DNA of 64,000 bases from Balanoglossus misakiensis (Eukaryota; Animalia; Hemichordata): positions 3,640,349-3,704,348 of the forward strand of contig CM082586.2 of the NCBI GenBank assembly GCA_040954595.2, read 5' to 3'. The position numbers and the translations under genes were made by a program. Below are positions 12,688-26,774 of the stretch, piece by piece. The stretch's first letter is position 1, and every line of letters begins with the position of its first letter. Below the pieces are notes generated by a model that saw nothing but the letters and a program-made list of their open reading frames with translations, did not search any database and was not told where the DNA came from.

Positions 12688-15600
12688 TCAGATTTCAGTT
12701 CGTGACCCATCAACGTGTGCGAGTTTCCGCAGTCGCTGGATCTCGGCGATCGGTGTGTCGAAAGCGTGATCGGTTTCATCATGCGCAACGTCATCGGGTT
12801 CATTCAGGTACAGCAGACCTGTCGTTCAAAAGAGCCGATAAAATGCTTCTCACGTCGGGATCTCACGAAGACTAGCTCAAATAATATTAGCTAACATCCG
12901 GCTCTCCTCGATGCCCATCAGGATGCAATTTCGTCGCACAATTCTGCCGAATTTTAATTTTTTGTGGGGACGCCACTCCCATCAATGCACTCCGACAACG
13001 GCCATATTAAAAAGTACCCTTTCACTTACTAATTGATCGCCGAATTACATCCGCCAAAAACTTTTGGCAAAATACATGCGAGACTGTCTAGACGGACGAA
13101 TTTAACCTTTCCAGTAGCAAATATTCAATCGATTACAATAAATAAAGCTTTCATACAGAATCATCGCAACTTGAAAGCCAATACCTCATCAGAAATACAG
13201 TCAACACCTGCGGACTATTTCAATTGCGTAGTTACAATAAAAGATAAAGTCGGTAATTAGAATATTGTATCAAATATACGTGGGGGTCATTCCACTGCGC
13301 TCTGAGGGGTGCAAATTCAATGACCGTACGTGACCTAAGAAACGCGTCAAGTATCAAACAGTCGGGATGTGGTTCTAGAAGGATTTACGACGCGTGACTT
13401 TGAGCGACGGAATTCCTTGTGTCGAAGGACGGGTCGAGGGTCATCAAGGCACATCTTTCCTCAAAATTTACGTCTTCAGAAGGAATTTGTTTTATTAACA
13501 AACACATACATCAGAAGCAAGTCACAAGAAATGTATGTGGTGTTTCTGTGGCAACAGTCTGACGCAATCTGCCCTGGACGACCGGATTATTTAGGGGGAA
13601 GTCAGCAAAGTTGGCAGAAAACGTTCAATTGACCCAACATATTGGACAAGGGTTCTATAGTAAGAGTACTAAGGCTTGTCTTTTTCCTGGATACGCATGA
13701 GACCTACATCCACTAAAAATATTTATCCTATTCGTCAGTGCCATGGGAAATTTCAACAATGTAGGCCATGAAGAAAACAAATGCCATGAAACAGTCTAAT
13801 GTAAATGTCAGCACCAGAATAGTAAACGGCATTCTTGAAATAGTTGCCGTGGCTTGCAAACCTGGTGTGAACTGCTTTATAGTTGTCGGAATACATCAGC
13901 AGCGTTTCTCTTTATTTGTAGTGGTAACATAAACATTTAGACTAAATTATAAAAATTCGGCGAATGCAAATTGAATGTTCTATTACGAGTAATACTCAGA
14001 GTAAAATCATGGAGGTACCTCCATGCTGGCTGGAGTCTCAAAACTAAGCTTAAATTTAAAGAGACGTTCTCTGCCATCGCCAGACTCCATACAAACAATG
14101 CCCATATCAAACAGAGAGGGGATTTATAAGACAAAGCTTGCCTTGGACAATAAAAGATTCCCAACAGACGTCATCCGCGATCGACAGCCAGTCACCAATG
14201 TAAAGAGTCAGCAAGTTATAATATTCCTTTTTACTTGTCTCAGCCTATAGTACTTAGGTGAAAAATAACTGACCCTATAGATCACATCCTGTTCGCCATA
14301 GTCAGTAATGTAGAACTGATTTACTATAAAGCACCTCTTTTGTCGGCGCATCTGGAACGTGCCGTCTGTGTGCGTCAGAGGTGGTATCATTACACTATCG
14401 CGACCGCCGGGAGTCAAGTGCAGGCTGACATGAATTTTTAAAGTTCATGTCAAGTTTACGTTGACCCTATCATATAGCGTGAACTAACCTGAATTTGACA
14501 CCAGAACGTTCCCAGCAGTGGCCTAATGGTCCCCTCAGTGTTGGGCGCAGATTTTGTGTGTTTTTAGACCAGTCTGCGCCCCCTGGATCATTCATCACAG
14601 CAGCTAATGAATATCAATCATTCTCAAACACGAGCAAGTCATGTAATCACTCCCCATGTGTTTTGAAACAAGTGATCCTAACTTGCCGACGGAAAAATTC
14701 GGTTGTCAAGTTACTCAATGAGCGGGTTGGCCAGTCAATGGTCTCTCTGTTCTTTAGCCGCCTGAATTATATCCACAATTGTTTATCTTTGAGAATAAAC
14801 AGACCGATGAAAGGTGTGAAAAGTGTGTCAAGTCATGGATCCTCGACAGATTGTATGGATCGATGTGTTCAACAACCCGTGACCCTCATGGGGTTTTACC
14901 GTTGACATATAATTGTGCGTGCTTCTACCATAGCAAGAGTAACTTTTCCAAATCAAGTCAGGGACTTTCATTCTAAGCATGCCCTGGTCATGGTTTGCTT
15001 CTCAAACAAGAAATATCAGCGGTTAATGTTCACTCTGGAATTTCCAATTTGAAAATCAGGACCACTTCTGGGATTTCACTACAGTCGCTTGGGGGTTGTT
15101 ACACGGCAGTGTTACTATGACTGTTCCAAGTTATATGAACAATCTGTAACAACCCCCAAAGCGCTAGCGCATGTGGATTTTGCCAACTATGAAATCCGCC
15201 GAGCCATAAAATTCTATTTAAAAACAGAGTTATGTTGGAACAATGCAGCTGTGTCGACGCAGATCACCATTTTACAATAAAAAAGTACTGACTTCGTGAA
15301 TGACTATTCTCAGTTTGACTACACAGCTCTCATGAATAACTTTACATGCTATTGGTAGCACGCCTTCTCCTTATATCCGGGTGCATGAAAAGGGGATATC
15401 TTTACCGAAAGCTATTCTACATGGCCAGTGGGACACCACTTCACAGATATTAATGTGATTTTTCCCCTACTGGCAAAGGCGAAATATTTACCCCCAGACG
15501 TATTCCTTTCGCTCAGACACGTATATATGATATTTTACCTTCTATCCGCGGGGTATCCGCCTGATCTGCCCATCACCTTTCAATAACTGTAAATATCCCT

Positions 15601-18303
15601 ACGCAACTGGATGAGTTTAGTCGAAACATGAAAGAAATGCATAAATTGCAGACGTATGTACGCTTGGTTCCGCCGTTGAGTGGACTTGGGTGGGAGGTAA
15701 AGATTGAACAAGATTTATTATGGATTCGGTATATCTTTGCCTTGATATCTTATCGATTACAGCGGCCAATTATTTCGCCATTTGCTGATATCGCGGACTG
15801 ACCTGGAAACGTGTTGGGTCGCAACGATGGCGGGTCGTCCAGCTTAACGGGGCAGAGGTTATCACACGGGATCGAATGTCAGCAAAATACATGGGGTTTT
15901 CTTATAATTCACGAGGTGAGAGGTCACCTGACCGCCAAGTTGTTATCGAAAGGTGACAGCAATCACATATCACACCTCCTGCAGACACGGTGTCGGTTGT
16001 TATATCACAAAATAAGGCGAAAAGTGGCACCTCAAGGTGCTTAAAGCCCCAGTAGCCCTTGAATTTCACTCGTAACGGTGCGGTCACAGTGTACGAAGTT
16101 GGTACTAAGAACGTATATGACGTACACTAGAGATCTTCCAACTCGGTTATATCATGGTTAAAGTGGAGCAAACCGAATGCGGCCGACACCGGGAGTGTTA
16201 TCGAAACTCCCCCGGTGAAAGTTACTCGACCGTTGGTACAGTAGCCCGAGAACGAACACGATATCACCGTTGAAGGAAAAACATGGATGTTTATGTCTGC
16301 GTCAATTTATTCTGTCAGGCCGGTCAACTGAAGGAAATCGCGTCTCCATGGCAACGCAACCCGGAGGGACCGTAACGTAGCCAACTTTGCTGTCAGTTCC
16401 ACTACGGAACGACCGCCGCCAGTAATGAATCGTCCCTGCCAACTTTCCGTAAAAGACAGGGGGGGGGGGGCAAGCGATTCCGACCGTGCCACTGACCGCG
16501 CCAAGAGGCATATAGACGATCAGACAACAAACACCCAGCATTCGCCCCCCTTGACTCATACGATACGAATTCAACGAATGCGGTCTAACTTTTAGAGCGA
16601 TATCGCCGATTGTAAATATTCAGGACGCTCTCCACCACGCCGGTTATGACAGTGATCAGACAGCAGATGACACAGTGATGTCAAATTGTTGAAATAACTC
16701 TCAAGATTCTTGAACTTTGTGAAAAGATCCGGGGGTTGCAGGATCTGGGACATTTGAAATCTGTCATCAAGATGGGCACAGCTGACGATTTCATTACAAA
16801 ACTTCCTGAATAACGTCTAAGAACAGTACGCTGTTGCGACCATCTGTGAAAACTCATAACTTAACTCAACATACCATCCCATAAACATATCATAACATAA
16901 CATAGTGAGATACGATTACGTGTGGTATGGAATGGTATCATCGAATTTCAAGCTGGGAGATGTGATCGTTCGCTTTAGCAGAGAAACTTTCCCTAAAACA
17001 GAAATCAGTCATTTTAGGCCAAAAATCATGAGATGACGACTTTTCGGGCAACTGATATCAGACTGATGGTGTGACAGAAACGCATATCAGTATAGGAGAT
17101 AAGAGTGTGAAAAAAATCAAACAAATTATGTTCTGTGATAAAAAAATCATCTGACTATCCCTTACAGGGGCATCCACCATAAAAGTCGAAGGACGGCGGC
17201 CATATTGTTCATGTCTCAAACGGGTGCCATGGTATCCCAAGGCATCAATTTCAATACCAGATACATGCTATGCGCCTGACTGCTCGGGGCCGTGTTTGGA
17301 GGATGAATTCCATTCCTGTTGAATATTCAAGTTCACTCCGAATGTACCGCCTTTACGGTTAAAATCTTTAATTGTTTATGCACGTCAACTCTTGGTAGCT
17401 GAGTCCGAGTTCTGAAGAAACTCCATGAACACGTATGGACTGGATTTATAAATAGACGGAACAGCCTAGACAGATCAAGTTCATAACACCCTAACCTATC
17501 GCTATTATCGGCTTAAACTCCAATTTATAAACAAACTACTACTTGTCACCCTCTAGTGCAGTCCTTACCATATCATCGAGTCCTCCTTGAAGTCGCAGAA
17601 GACCGAAACGTACCGACAAGCACCGACATTGCGTCGGTTTTCCGGCAAATTTCGCACAAATTGACAGGAATGCCGGCGTGAAACATGCCAGGCGCTATCG
17701 TTGGGTTCATACCGACAAAAATAGATTTTCTGACCGGCATGCACGCAGAATTCTTGCAATAGTTTCATGTATCGTGCATCCCGCAGCCCCCTGCTAAGGT
17801 CCGTACAGAAAAAAATGAACTTTTGTGTATTTTAGGTGCTCTCAATTGCGTTGATCTGAATCGCAATCTCCATGGAAACGGAACGATTTCACTTATATAG
17901 CGCAGTGGCACCATTACCTGGTTAGCCAGTTACAAAGATGTGGGCAGTTTTAAGTTCAAAGTCTCAAAACTTAAAAAAACTCGTTCTCTGCTCATCGAGA
18001 AAATAAAAACCCAAACCACGATTTATACTAGAAAAGACTTAGATTATTGTAAAGAGGAAAACATGAAAACAATCATGTCTTAATTATAACTAACATGATT
18101 GTTGACAGTTACTGGCATCGATGAAGGCTGGCGAGAGAGAAAAAATATTGGTAGGATCCCTCCAGATTGTTCAACGTTGCCAAGTTTCTACCCAAGACAT
18201 TTGTTCGGGAATAATATCACTGGCAAGGTGTTGTTTCTGTGGGTTAGTGCAGAGATCGCCAGGTGCGTCGGCTGAATTCGGCAATTATCATTCTACTTAC
18301 CAT
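12688..18303 (-). CDS. Candidate 57-aa spliced small protein upstream of twitchin-like gene (MLDDPPSLRPNTFPGLLYLNEPDDVAHDETDHAFDTPIAEIQRLRKLAHVDGSRTEI)
   Basis: Two possible first exons each ending ATG|gtaag (ATG at 18303-18301 or 17571-17569); exon 15842-15803 (ccccgttaag| ... CCAG|gtcagt, phase 0 to 1); exon 12818-12687 (ttttgaacgacag| ... TGAT|gtaagt) open in phase 1 to a stop. Middle-exon acceptor is a weak AAG; no family recognised. Confidence 0.4.
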
Positions 18304-18435
18304 TCGGGCTTAGCGGTACACATCTACAGCGGTTGCGGGCTGAACCCCATCCAAAGAAGAAAACACTTGCTTGGTTTTGAAGTATGCCTCAAATGCCAAG
18401 GAAATTTAACACCCAGCCACACACTTTGGCCTTCT

Positions 18436-18445
18436 CCAAATATGG
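18436..18445. promoter_or_regulatory. CArG box (SRF site) CCAAATATGG
   Basis: Perfect CC(A/T)6GG about 135 bp upstream of a strong minus-strand donor at 18301, upstream of a muscle gene. Confidence 0.4.
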
Positions 18446-21082
18446 TGCGCCGAGCTCTTACGCTGCCCGCAGACGACCGCTGGACCCCCTGCGTGGCCAA
18501 CTAAATTTGGACAGCTTGGAAGTTGATGAGCCGTGTCTGGGATGTGAGCACTGCCTTGAATTACTCGGCTCAAACAAAAGCCAGGATAAAACCAAACTCG
18601 CAGTGGTTCCAGAGGTCCCTGCTTTAGCCGCACAAATGATGGTGACTCGGCTGACACCGAATGCACTATTATCATCCAATAGTGCATCTGTTGTTTTTCA
18701 CTTCACGTCACCTCTACGTCACCGCTCGCCCCTCGATTATGATTGGTTGCTAAACGACGGCTGTCGACCACTAAAATGATGAGTACGCCGCATCGGAACC
18801 CCAGTCGTGCTCAACAGCGGGCATGGGATGTTCGACTCGGACACGCGCCATCTCTGGTCAACGCGGAGCAAAATAGCACGGCCGCGTGTCTTAGCAGTGG
18901 ACAAACTATATGGTTGAGTTGGGCAGAACAGGATAGCTGGGTTAGGGAAACAGTTTCCATGGAAACCAACATTCAGAAGTCATTTCACTTTTCTGGCTGC
19001 CTGTTCATTGAATAATTTATGATGTGATAAAAAATTATGAAGTTGACGCGATTGGCCTACCAAATTAAACGAATAACAGACCAGTTAAAATGGCTATTTT
19101 AGTTCAGATGAAATATATTGAATCGTTAATCTAGAACGCTTTCAACCCTCGGTAGACCTTTTAGTGGTTTGTAGTTTATGTACAGCCAAGATTTGAAATC
19201 GGATCGCAGTCGGCATAAAGTCGTCGCGACTTTTCTGATCCTAGACCAATGATTGTAAACTTGAGCCTGCCGAGATAATTATGGCCTCTGGGGATGACAA
19301 GGTCAAACAAACGTTATCATTGAAGTCTGCTTCTCCGGATCATAGGACTCACGTAGCATCGGAATTCCTACCAGACCAAGTCAATAAACCAGAAACGGTA
19401 TTTATTGAAATAATAAAAAAAAAATCACAACGGGACGAGAATATTACGGGATGGGACAGGGTTGTTTAAGGGCATCTGCTTATAAGTGGTTCTTGAAACC
19501 AGAGCTGCGTGTTCGCGGTGACATTTCGAGGCGGGTGTCTCGTCATATCACGATTAACCTCATCGGGTAGACGATCTGCTGATCTCATTTCCATGCAGAG
19601 AAGCTGTCAAAGGTGACGGGATTTGAAGGATCGTACATCTGTCATTTGCCTGGATTAGCCTGACCACAGTCAGTGTGTGGGATATCAGTGTTGCTTCCAC
19701 GTGATGTTATGTTATGTTAAAGGAACACAGTCGCTAACTTTTGACATTATTATTTATGATGGGCTATTTTTGGATATTCTGCCGACTGACGCATGCTAAC
19801 TGAAATATATATCAAATTATATTGTATTACTCATAATTATCCCTCTTGTACCACTGTCTATGCTTCGCGTTTCTGTCTTTTTTACGTGAAATTCTGGTTC
19901 CTCCACAGCTGCACTTAAGCCTAACAGTGTGACTGGTGTCCACTTTTGAGTTAGGACTGTACGGTGAACTTTTTCAATTTTCAAGACAATTCCTCCAACC
20001 CTAGGTCCAAAACAAACACGGAGCTCTTACTGGAAAAACGACGTTAGTATGTTATCATGGTCTCGCACAGAAGCACCACTTGTGTTTGTTTTTCTAACCG
20101 TGGATTTATTTTCTCTCACGGACGACGCAGTTTTATCGCCAACGCACATGCCTCTTCGCATGTAAAGGCAATTGGCATCAAACACATGTTTCTCGGCGAT
20201 TCTAGGCCCAGAAATTGAAATGGGAAACGGCGTAATTCCAAATCCTGCAGAGTAGGAACATGTGAAAGTATTTGGTGGTGGACATCTTGAAAAAAATGAG
20301 TGCGACTACATAATTTATGTTGACAATGGACACGTTTGCTTTCTTTGGGAATAACTGTGATGAACATTCTCTATGGAACCAGTTGTCTTTAGATTGACTC
20401 CTTTCAGTGAAATGCACCCAATGAGAAAGTAGAATTCAGGCTAACATAACTTCTACGCAGTATTGAAAGTTTAAAAAAAGTAGCATGCATCCTCGACAAA
20501 GCCGGAATTATGAAATGGATAATAATAAATTTTGATGTAAATAAGGTATGACTTTTTGGCGAGGTCGACAAAGTTGATCACCTTAACTCTTGACGGGTGG
20601 TATTCCATATTTCACCGTACACGTATCATATCCTCGCCACTGGCAGTCCGACATTCCTGTCTATCAAAGATAATTAGCTGTTTGTCACGGTTACGAGATT
20701 AAATGACTACATAGACAGAGCGAGTCCGTCTTACTTCACCATGTTTATACGTTTATTGTAGTTTTATTACAGAGTTTATGACCGTGTTAGTGAGAGCTTC
20801 GAAGACTCCGTACATGCCTTCGCTCTTGAGGCACAAGCGCCCCCACACAAGCAGATGTCCGCATGATTTTGTTTTCAACCAAAGTTGCCGTAAAGGGGTA
20901 TGTCACACGATACGTACGGTTATTGGTATTTTAAAATGTGACTATTTTAAACATTGGCAAGATTAAAAGTTCGTTTGTTTCAGAAGAGGTAACTTCAACT
21001 TTCATAAGACCTCAACGTTTAGTTATTTTAACTATCATAATATATCAACGCTTTTAATCTACGACAATTAAAGCGTCGCTCT

Positions 21083-21130
21083 CTAGCATACCCCTTTACG
21101 ATAACACTAGCATACCCCTTTACGATAACA
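21083..21130. repeat. Perfect 24-bp tandem duplication in DDX54 proximal promoter
   Basis: ctagcatacccctttacgataaca x2, ending 80 bp before the DDX54 ATG. Confidence 0.9.
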
Positions 21131-21210
21131 CAGGCTAACACATGGTGGCTTGATTTCCTTGCTTTCACGATCGTTGACCGTAGTGTTCATCGACGGATTA
21201 AGTCTAAATC

Positions 21211-24200
21211 ATGAAACCAAAGAAGGGAAATAAGAAAACGGCCAAAAGACGGCGACCAGACCGAGACGATGACAGTGAGGAGAGTGATCTTGAAATCGTC
21301 GCAGATACATCTGATCAGGTACGTGTACGATTTCGAGTGTCTAGATGATGTACTATTTCGGTCGATGTACATGTACTCAACAGTCATCCACGAAGACCGG
21401 AGTGAGACGAGTGATGGTAGTTCTTTGTAGACATGATGACAAGGAAAGTGTGGTGTCCGTTGTGTGATAAACAAACCCACGTGGCAGGATTGTGTGTTGT
21501 TTACCATCTGACCCCCCCCCCCCCCAGCAACAACACTCTGCTCTGCCAAGTACTTGAAGATGCCACCCTATTGAAACCATACATAGTAACTATTACCCAG
21601 CCAGAATTAATCCAAAGTCTCCAACATCAACATACGAAATGCAGACCTTAAGAACAAGAATTCTTTTCTTTGTGATTTCAGAATAAACCAACCACCCCTG
21701 GTTTTCCATCCAGACACGAAGATAACTATGCATCTGATGTGGAATTAGACACCAGAAAACTAGTGACAAAACAGAACAGAAAGAAGAAGAAATCTGGTGG
21801 ATTCCAATCCATGGGTAGGTGCTATCTGAGTTTAAAATCAGATGTAGAGAGAGGCAGCATTCTGTTGCTGACACCTATCTCTACAACTGAACAACTAGAA
21901 TTGAGAATCCCATCCAAATACATGTAGTTGCCATATTGGTATGATTCATTTCTTTTCTGGTATCACAAGAGGTTGATCATATGACTGTTCATTTTTTTCA
22001 GGTCTGTGTTTGAATGTATTGAGGGGTGTGCTGAAAAAGGGTTATAAAGTACCCACTCCAATCCAAAGAAAGGTATGTTGGCACATGCATGGGTGTACCT
22101 TGTCATCACCATGGTAAAGCTGTACCACTTTATAGGAAAATGGGTGGGGGGGGGGGGGTTGAAATGATATTGTTCACAGTCTGGGGCAAAATACAAGATT
22201 TACTAGAGTTACATCACCATTAGTATTAGCAATATTTAAGATATTTCTGTTTTGTTTCTTCATGAAGTGCATACCTGTGATCATGGACGGCAAAGATGTG
22301 GTTGCCATGGCAAGGACCGGAAGCGGTAAAACTGCTGCGTTTTTGATCCCCGTGTTCGAGAAGCTACAAACACATTCGGCCAAGTCTGGAGCGAGAGCCA
22401 TGATCCTGTCACCAACCCGAGAGCTGGCTTTTCAGACACTGAAATTTACAAAAGAGGTTTGTTCCCAAATGTAATTTGCCAAAGGACATTTAAAAGGGCT
22501 TGTGTTTTGGGTACATTTAGATTAAGAACACTTTCTAGGCATATAAAGAAGTGTAATTCATTTGGCGTTACATGTACTTTCTTACTCTTCTCAAACTCTA
22601 GCTCGGCAAGTATACAAATCTACGCTCAGCTGTCATTCTCGGTGGAGACAAAATGGAGGATCAATTTGCTGCATTGCACGAGAATCCAGACATCATCATA
22701 GCGACGCCTGGGAGGTTCCTTCACGTCGTCGTGGAGATGGAACTCAAGCTGGACTCAGTGCAGTATGTTGTGTTTGATGAAGCTGACAGGTAGGGGGATA
22801 TTTTTTTATCATTTTCTGGAAACTGCTATACAGGTAGAATCGTAAGAACTATATTGGTTGTACTACTTACGGTGTTTCATTTTCTCTGCAGATTATTTGA
22901 AATGGGTTTTTCAGAGCAGCTCCAGGAGATTATCCAACGACTGCCAGACGACAGACAGACGCTCTTGTTCTCCGCAACATTACCAAAATTGCTTGTCGAG
23001 TTTGCGAGGGCAGGTCTGAATGATCCGACGCTGATCCGACTCGATGTAGACACAAAACTAAGTGAACAGTTAAAGGTAATAAAACAAATTTCCAACAGAA
23101 AAGCATCATAGATATGCTTTGCAATGTGTCACTGTCATTGATATGTGGATGTTATTATTCTGCCTTTGACTTTGAACCTAACTGAGTATCTGCAGAAATA
23201 TCTCCAGAAAGTTATAAAGATGTTATTTTTCTTTTTCATACACAGCTGGCCTTTTTTTCTGTCAGAGCAGATGACAAAGTGGCCATTCTGTTGCACCTCC
23301 TCCGAAATGTGATCAAATCGTACGAACAGACCGTTGTCTTCCTGGCAACCAAACATCACGTGGAGTACATCAAAGAGGTGAGAACAGCGAAATGGAATAA
23401 TTTGTAATATTGCTGTTGTTATCAAAAATGCGTATCGTATCTCAACATTGCAGTCTGTTGAAGTTGCCTAACTCTTGAGTGATTAAAACACTGTGACTTA
23501 TCGTTTCAGATATTGACCATGGCTGGTATCCCCTGCTGTCATATCTACAGCGCATTGGACCAAGCCGCCCGTAAGATCAACATCGCCAAGTTCAGCCGCA
23601 AGAAAGCCATGGTCATGCTTGTCACAGACGTAGCTGCCAGAGGCATTGATATTCCTATGTTGGATAACGTTATCAATTATCACTTCCCGGCAAAACCCAA
23701 ACTGTTTGTTCACAGAGTTGGTAGGTTTTGTGGTTGTTTTGTTGCCGGTTATAATTTTGCATTTTATTGGAGAGAGAGGCAGTAAAATTTCCAAAGTATA
23801 AATTCCCTTGGTTGTGACCACCTCTGTCGTCACTGCATGTTTAACAGGGCCAATAGCTCACCAAGGTCCACCAAGACTCATGAGTTTGAAATTCTGAATT
23901 CTTGGTATGGTAGCACACCCCTTTTTCAGAAATATACAATATTCATGAAGTTTGTAACGTTCTTCTTTCAGGTCGTGTTGCTAGGGCAGGTCGCAGTGGC
24001 ACAGCCTACTCCCTGGTGGCCTCAGACGAACTGCCATATTTGCTTGACTTGCATTTGTTTCTTGGGAGGTCACTGACATTTGCCACTCAGTCAACACAAC
24101 AAGGTGAGTGCACTACAGCATTTGATTGACAGCCTAACTTGCTTGTTGCTATGGTGACTGTCTTGAAAGGTGAAAAAGGTTGTCGTACAAATGACTAATG

Positions 24201-26671
24201 ACCTGTAATATTAGACTGAAAATCTGTTCCTTGCAATGGGAGATATTGGTCTTGTTAATAAATAAAATTCATTACTTTTGTGTGATATAATTATATGAAA
24301 AATATAATGTTGAGATCAAAGAGTAAAGTTTTACTGTTAATATCATCTAATTTTTTTTTCTAGATGAATACGGCATTCTTGGACGTGTTCCACAAACCAT
24401 CATTGACGACGAGGAAACTACGGTTGAGTCACTGCACGAGAAGTCGGTGGACTTGGAAAACCTGAAGAGAATCACTGACAATGCCTTCAAACACTACATC
24501 AAGTCCAGACCTGGCCCGGCGGCCGAGAGTGTCAAAAGAATGAAGGAAATGGACTTCGGCAAGATGGCTCTTCATCCAGTCTTTGGTAAGGAACATTGAT
24601 TGTTGGTTTTCCAACTGTAGGCCAAGGCCTAATTGATTGATACATCGGTAAAATTAACAAAACCTGATAGTACACTCTGTCTGTGTTCATGTCCTTAGTT
24701 CTACTCATTATGAAGTACCTTGCTTGATTACACAATGTCCCTTTTCCAGGTGCGTATGTCACTGATGAGGAGATCAACCGAGCCAAGATGGTGGACGATC
24801 TGAAGAACTACAAACCGTTCTCTGTAAGTAAATTGAATTTCTGTTGCATTTGAAGGATTCCCAGTGAAAGCTGTGTGATGAACAGTGCCACCAACATACC
24901 ATCAGAGACATGGACGGTTATTATTATGTTACATAGGACTGGACAGTGTAGTGAAACAAAGCATTTGAATCTTTTTTTGAACAACAGACAATTCTTGAAG
25001 TGAGCTCCACTGCCAAAAGCCCTTGTTTCGGAGTGATGAAGGCAAAGAGGAGTATCCATGGCAACGCCATCAAGAAGTTTCAACTCAAGAAGGAAGACAA
25101 GTCCCGTAGTGGTGATGTGATGCATGCTGGGAAAAGACAAAGTTCTGTAGAGATGAGCACAGAGAAGGATATCGAGGTAATTGAAGATCTTGTGTGCATA
25201 CATGTACATTTTTTTGTAAATAATTGTATATTCGTATAGATGTTAAAATCTGCTCTTTTCTGTCTTATTCCAGTCAACATTTTCCACGGTACTGGCACCT
25301 GGTCACAAGAGGAAAAAGAAAAACGACGACTCAGAAAACAAACAGAAAAAAATGAAGCATGCGCCCTCTGCAGTCAAAGATGAGGAATATTATGTAAATT
25401 ATCGAGCACCTGACCATCATGCAGAAAAAGGGTTTGTACAAATATGGATAAATTAGGAGATATTAATATCATCATATTTGCTTCTGTTCAAACGCCAGTG
25501 TCCAAATTTGCATACTCAACCCTGGTCATTGTATTAATTGATGTATAAATTTACATTTATATCAGGATGCTTTCATTTTGTATTCAATTCACTCTTGTTT
25601 GGTCCAACTACAGATTGAGTATCGGCGAGAGCAGTTTTGACACACAAGCATCCAAGGCCATGTTAGATTTGACGGGGGATGATGTGGACAAAATCAAACA
25701 ACAGAACAACCAATTGAAGTGGTAAGTCCAGGGTCAAAGTGCACAGTTTGATTGACAGTTGGGTTAATTTATGTCAGTGCATGGAGAGGGCATGCAAAGA
25801 ACGAATCTGATCCACCGTACCAGCTGTATCTTGGGGAAGGGACCAATCACATGAACCGTACTGAGAAAGTATAGACAGAACAGAAGGGCAGGTAGATTCA
25901 GCTTTATGACCTTTTACTTACTTCTCCTCTAAAACTATCTTTTGACAGGGACAGAAAAAAGAAGAAATTTGTTCGAGAAGGCAATGAAAAGAAGAAGAAA
26001 ATCAAGACAGAAAGTGGGACTTACATTCAAGCATCATTTAAAAAGAATATGTATCCTTTGACAGAAGAACCCATGTCATAGTTTCGTTTTTTGAATGGGG
26101 GAGTGTTTGTCTTTCAGGAACACAATTTCAATTTGTATTTTGAGTGTGCAGGTTGTTTTCCTTGACCTTTGACCTCAGATACAAGGATTGGTTAGAGAAA
26201 ACCAAGATGGCCGACAGGGACTCTGATGACAATGAATCAGAGGAGGAGAATTCACGGCGGTCCATTGGTCGAGGCAGAGGCAGAGGTAAATTTGCATAAT
26301 GAGTATGCATGCACCTGTTTTGTGTAGATTTTACTCATTTGTGAGGGTTTTTTTTCAATTTGAATAATCGAACACTGAATAAAACCTATTCATATGTAAC
26401 CGTGATTTTCTCCCCCTGCCCAACAGGTCACCATGGCAACAAGAAACAGAAGCAGCCGTTTAATCGGGGACGAGGCGGCAAACAGAACACCAAAGGAGGC
26501 GCACAGCGGGGACCACCAGGAAAGAGGATTCGAAGCGAAATGAAAAGCAAAGATCAGATTCTGAAAGCCAGGAAGATCGAGGCTAAGAAACACTTCGCGC
26601 AGCAACAAAGACACAAGAAAATGACGAAAAAGAAAGGGGGTGGAAAGAGAAATGTTGGCAAAAGCAGGTAG
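21211..26671 (+). CDS. DDX54: ATP-dependent RNA helicase DDX54 (Dbp10), 17 exons
   Basis: Exons 21211-21318, 21682-21814, 22002-22072, 22268-22456, 22602-22789, 22892-23075, 23246-23377, 23510-23720, 23972-24103, 24364-24585, 24750-24823, 24988-25176, 25274-25431, 25614-25721, 25949-26050, 26179-26285, 26427-26671. Motifs: [13 protein letters not shown]-motif [62 protein letters not shown], and the Dbp10 C-terminal WDRKKKKFV...KIKTESG..I.ASFK..YKDW. Confidence 0.97.
26051..26178 (+). other. U12-type (minor spliceosome) GT-AG intron in DDX54
   Basis: 5' splice site GTATCCTTT; branch point TTTTCCTTGAC at 26156-26166, 12 nt before the 3' AG; splicing restores ASFKKNI/YKDW. Confidence 0.9.
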
Positions 26672-26725
26672 CAGGGAAAAAATCGTGATGAAAATTGTGG
26701 ATATTTATCTTTGCCATTTCTCTTC

Positions 26726-26731
26726 AATAAA
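26726..26731 (+). terminator. Polyadenylation signal of DDX54
   Basis: AATAAA 55 nt after the stop, followed by GT/T-rich sequence. Confidence 0.6.
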
Positions 26732-26774
26732 GTTTGTTGCATCAAAATCATGTTCGTGTCTTTAATGTCAGAAT

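Noticed and set aside
17166-17315. Exon-like segment with ag/gt boundaries upstream of twitchin
   Set aside because: Stops in all three frames; could be UTR but no support
19717-20100. Possible Kolobok-type MITE starting TTAA-AGGAACACAG
   Set aside because: No matching right-hand terminal inverted repeat found
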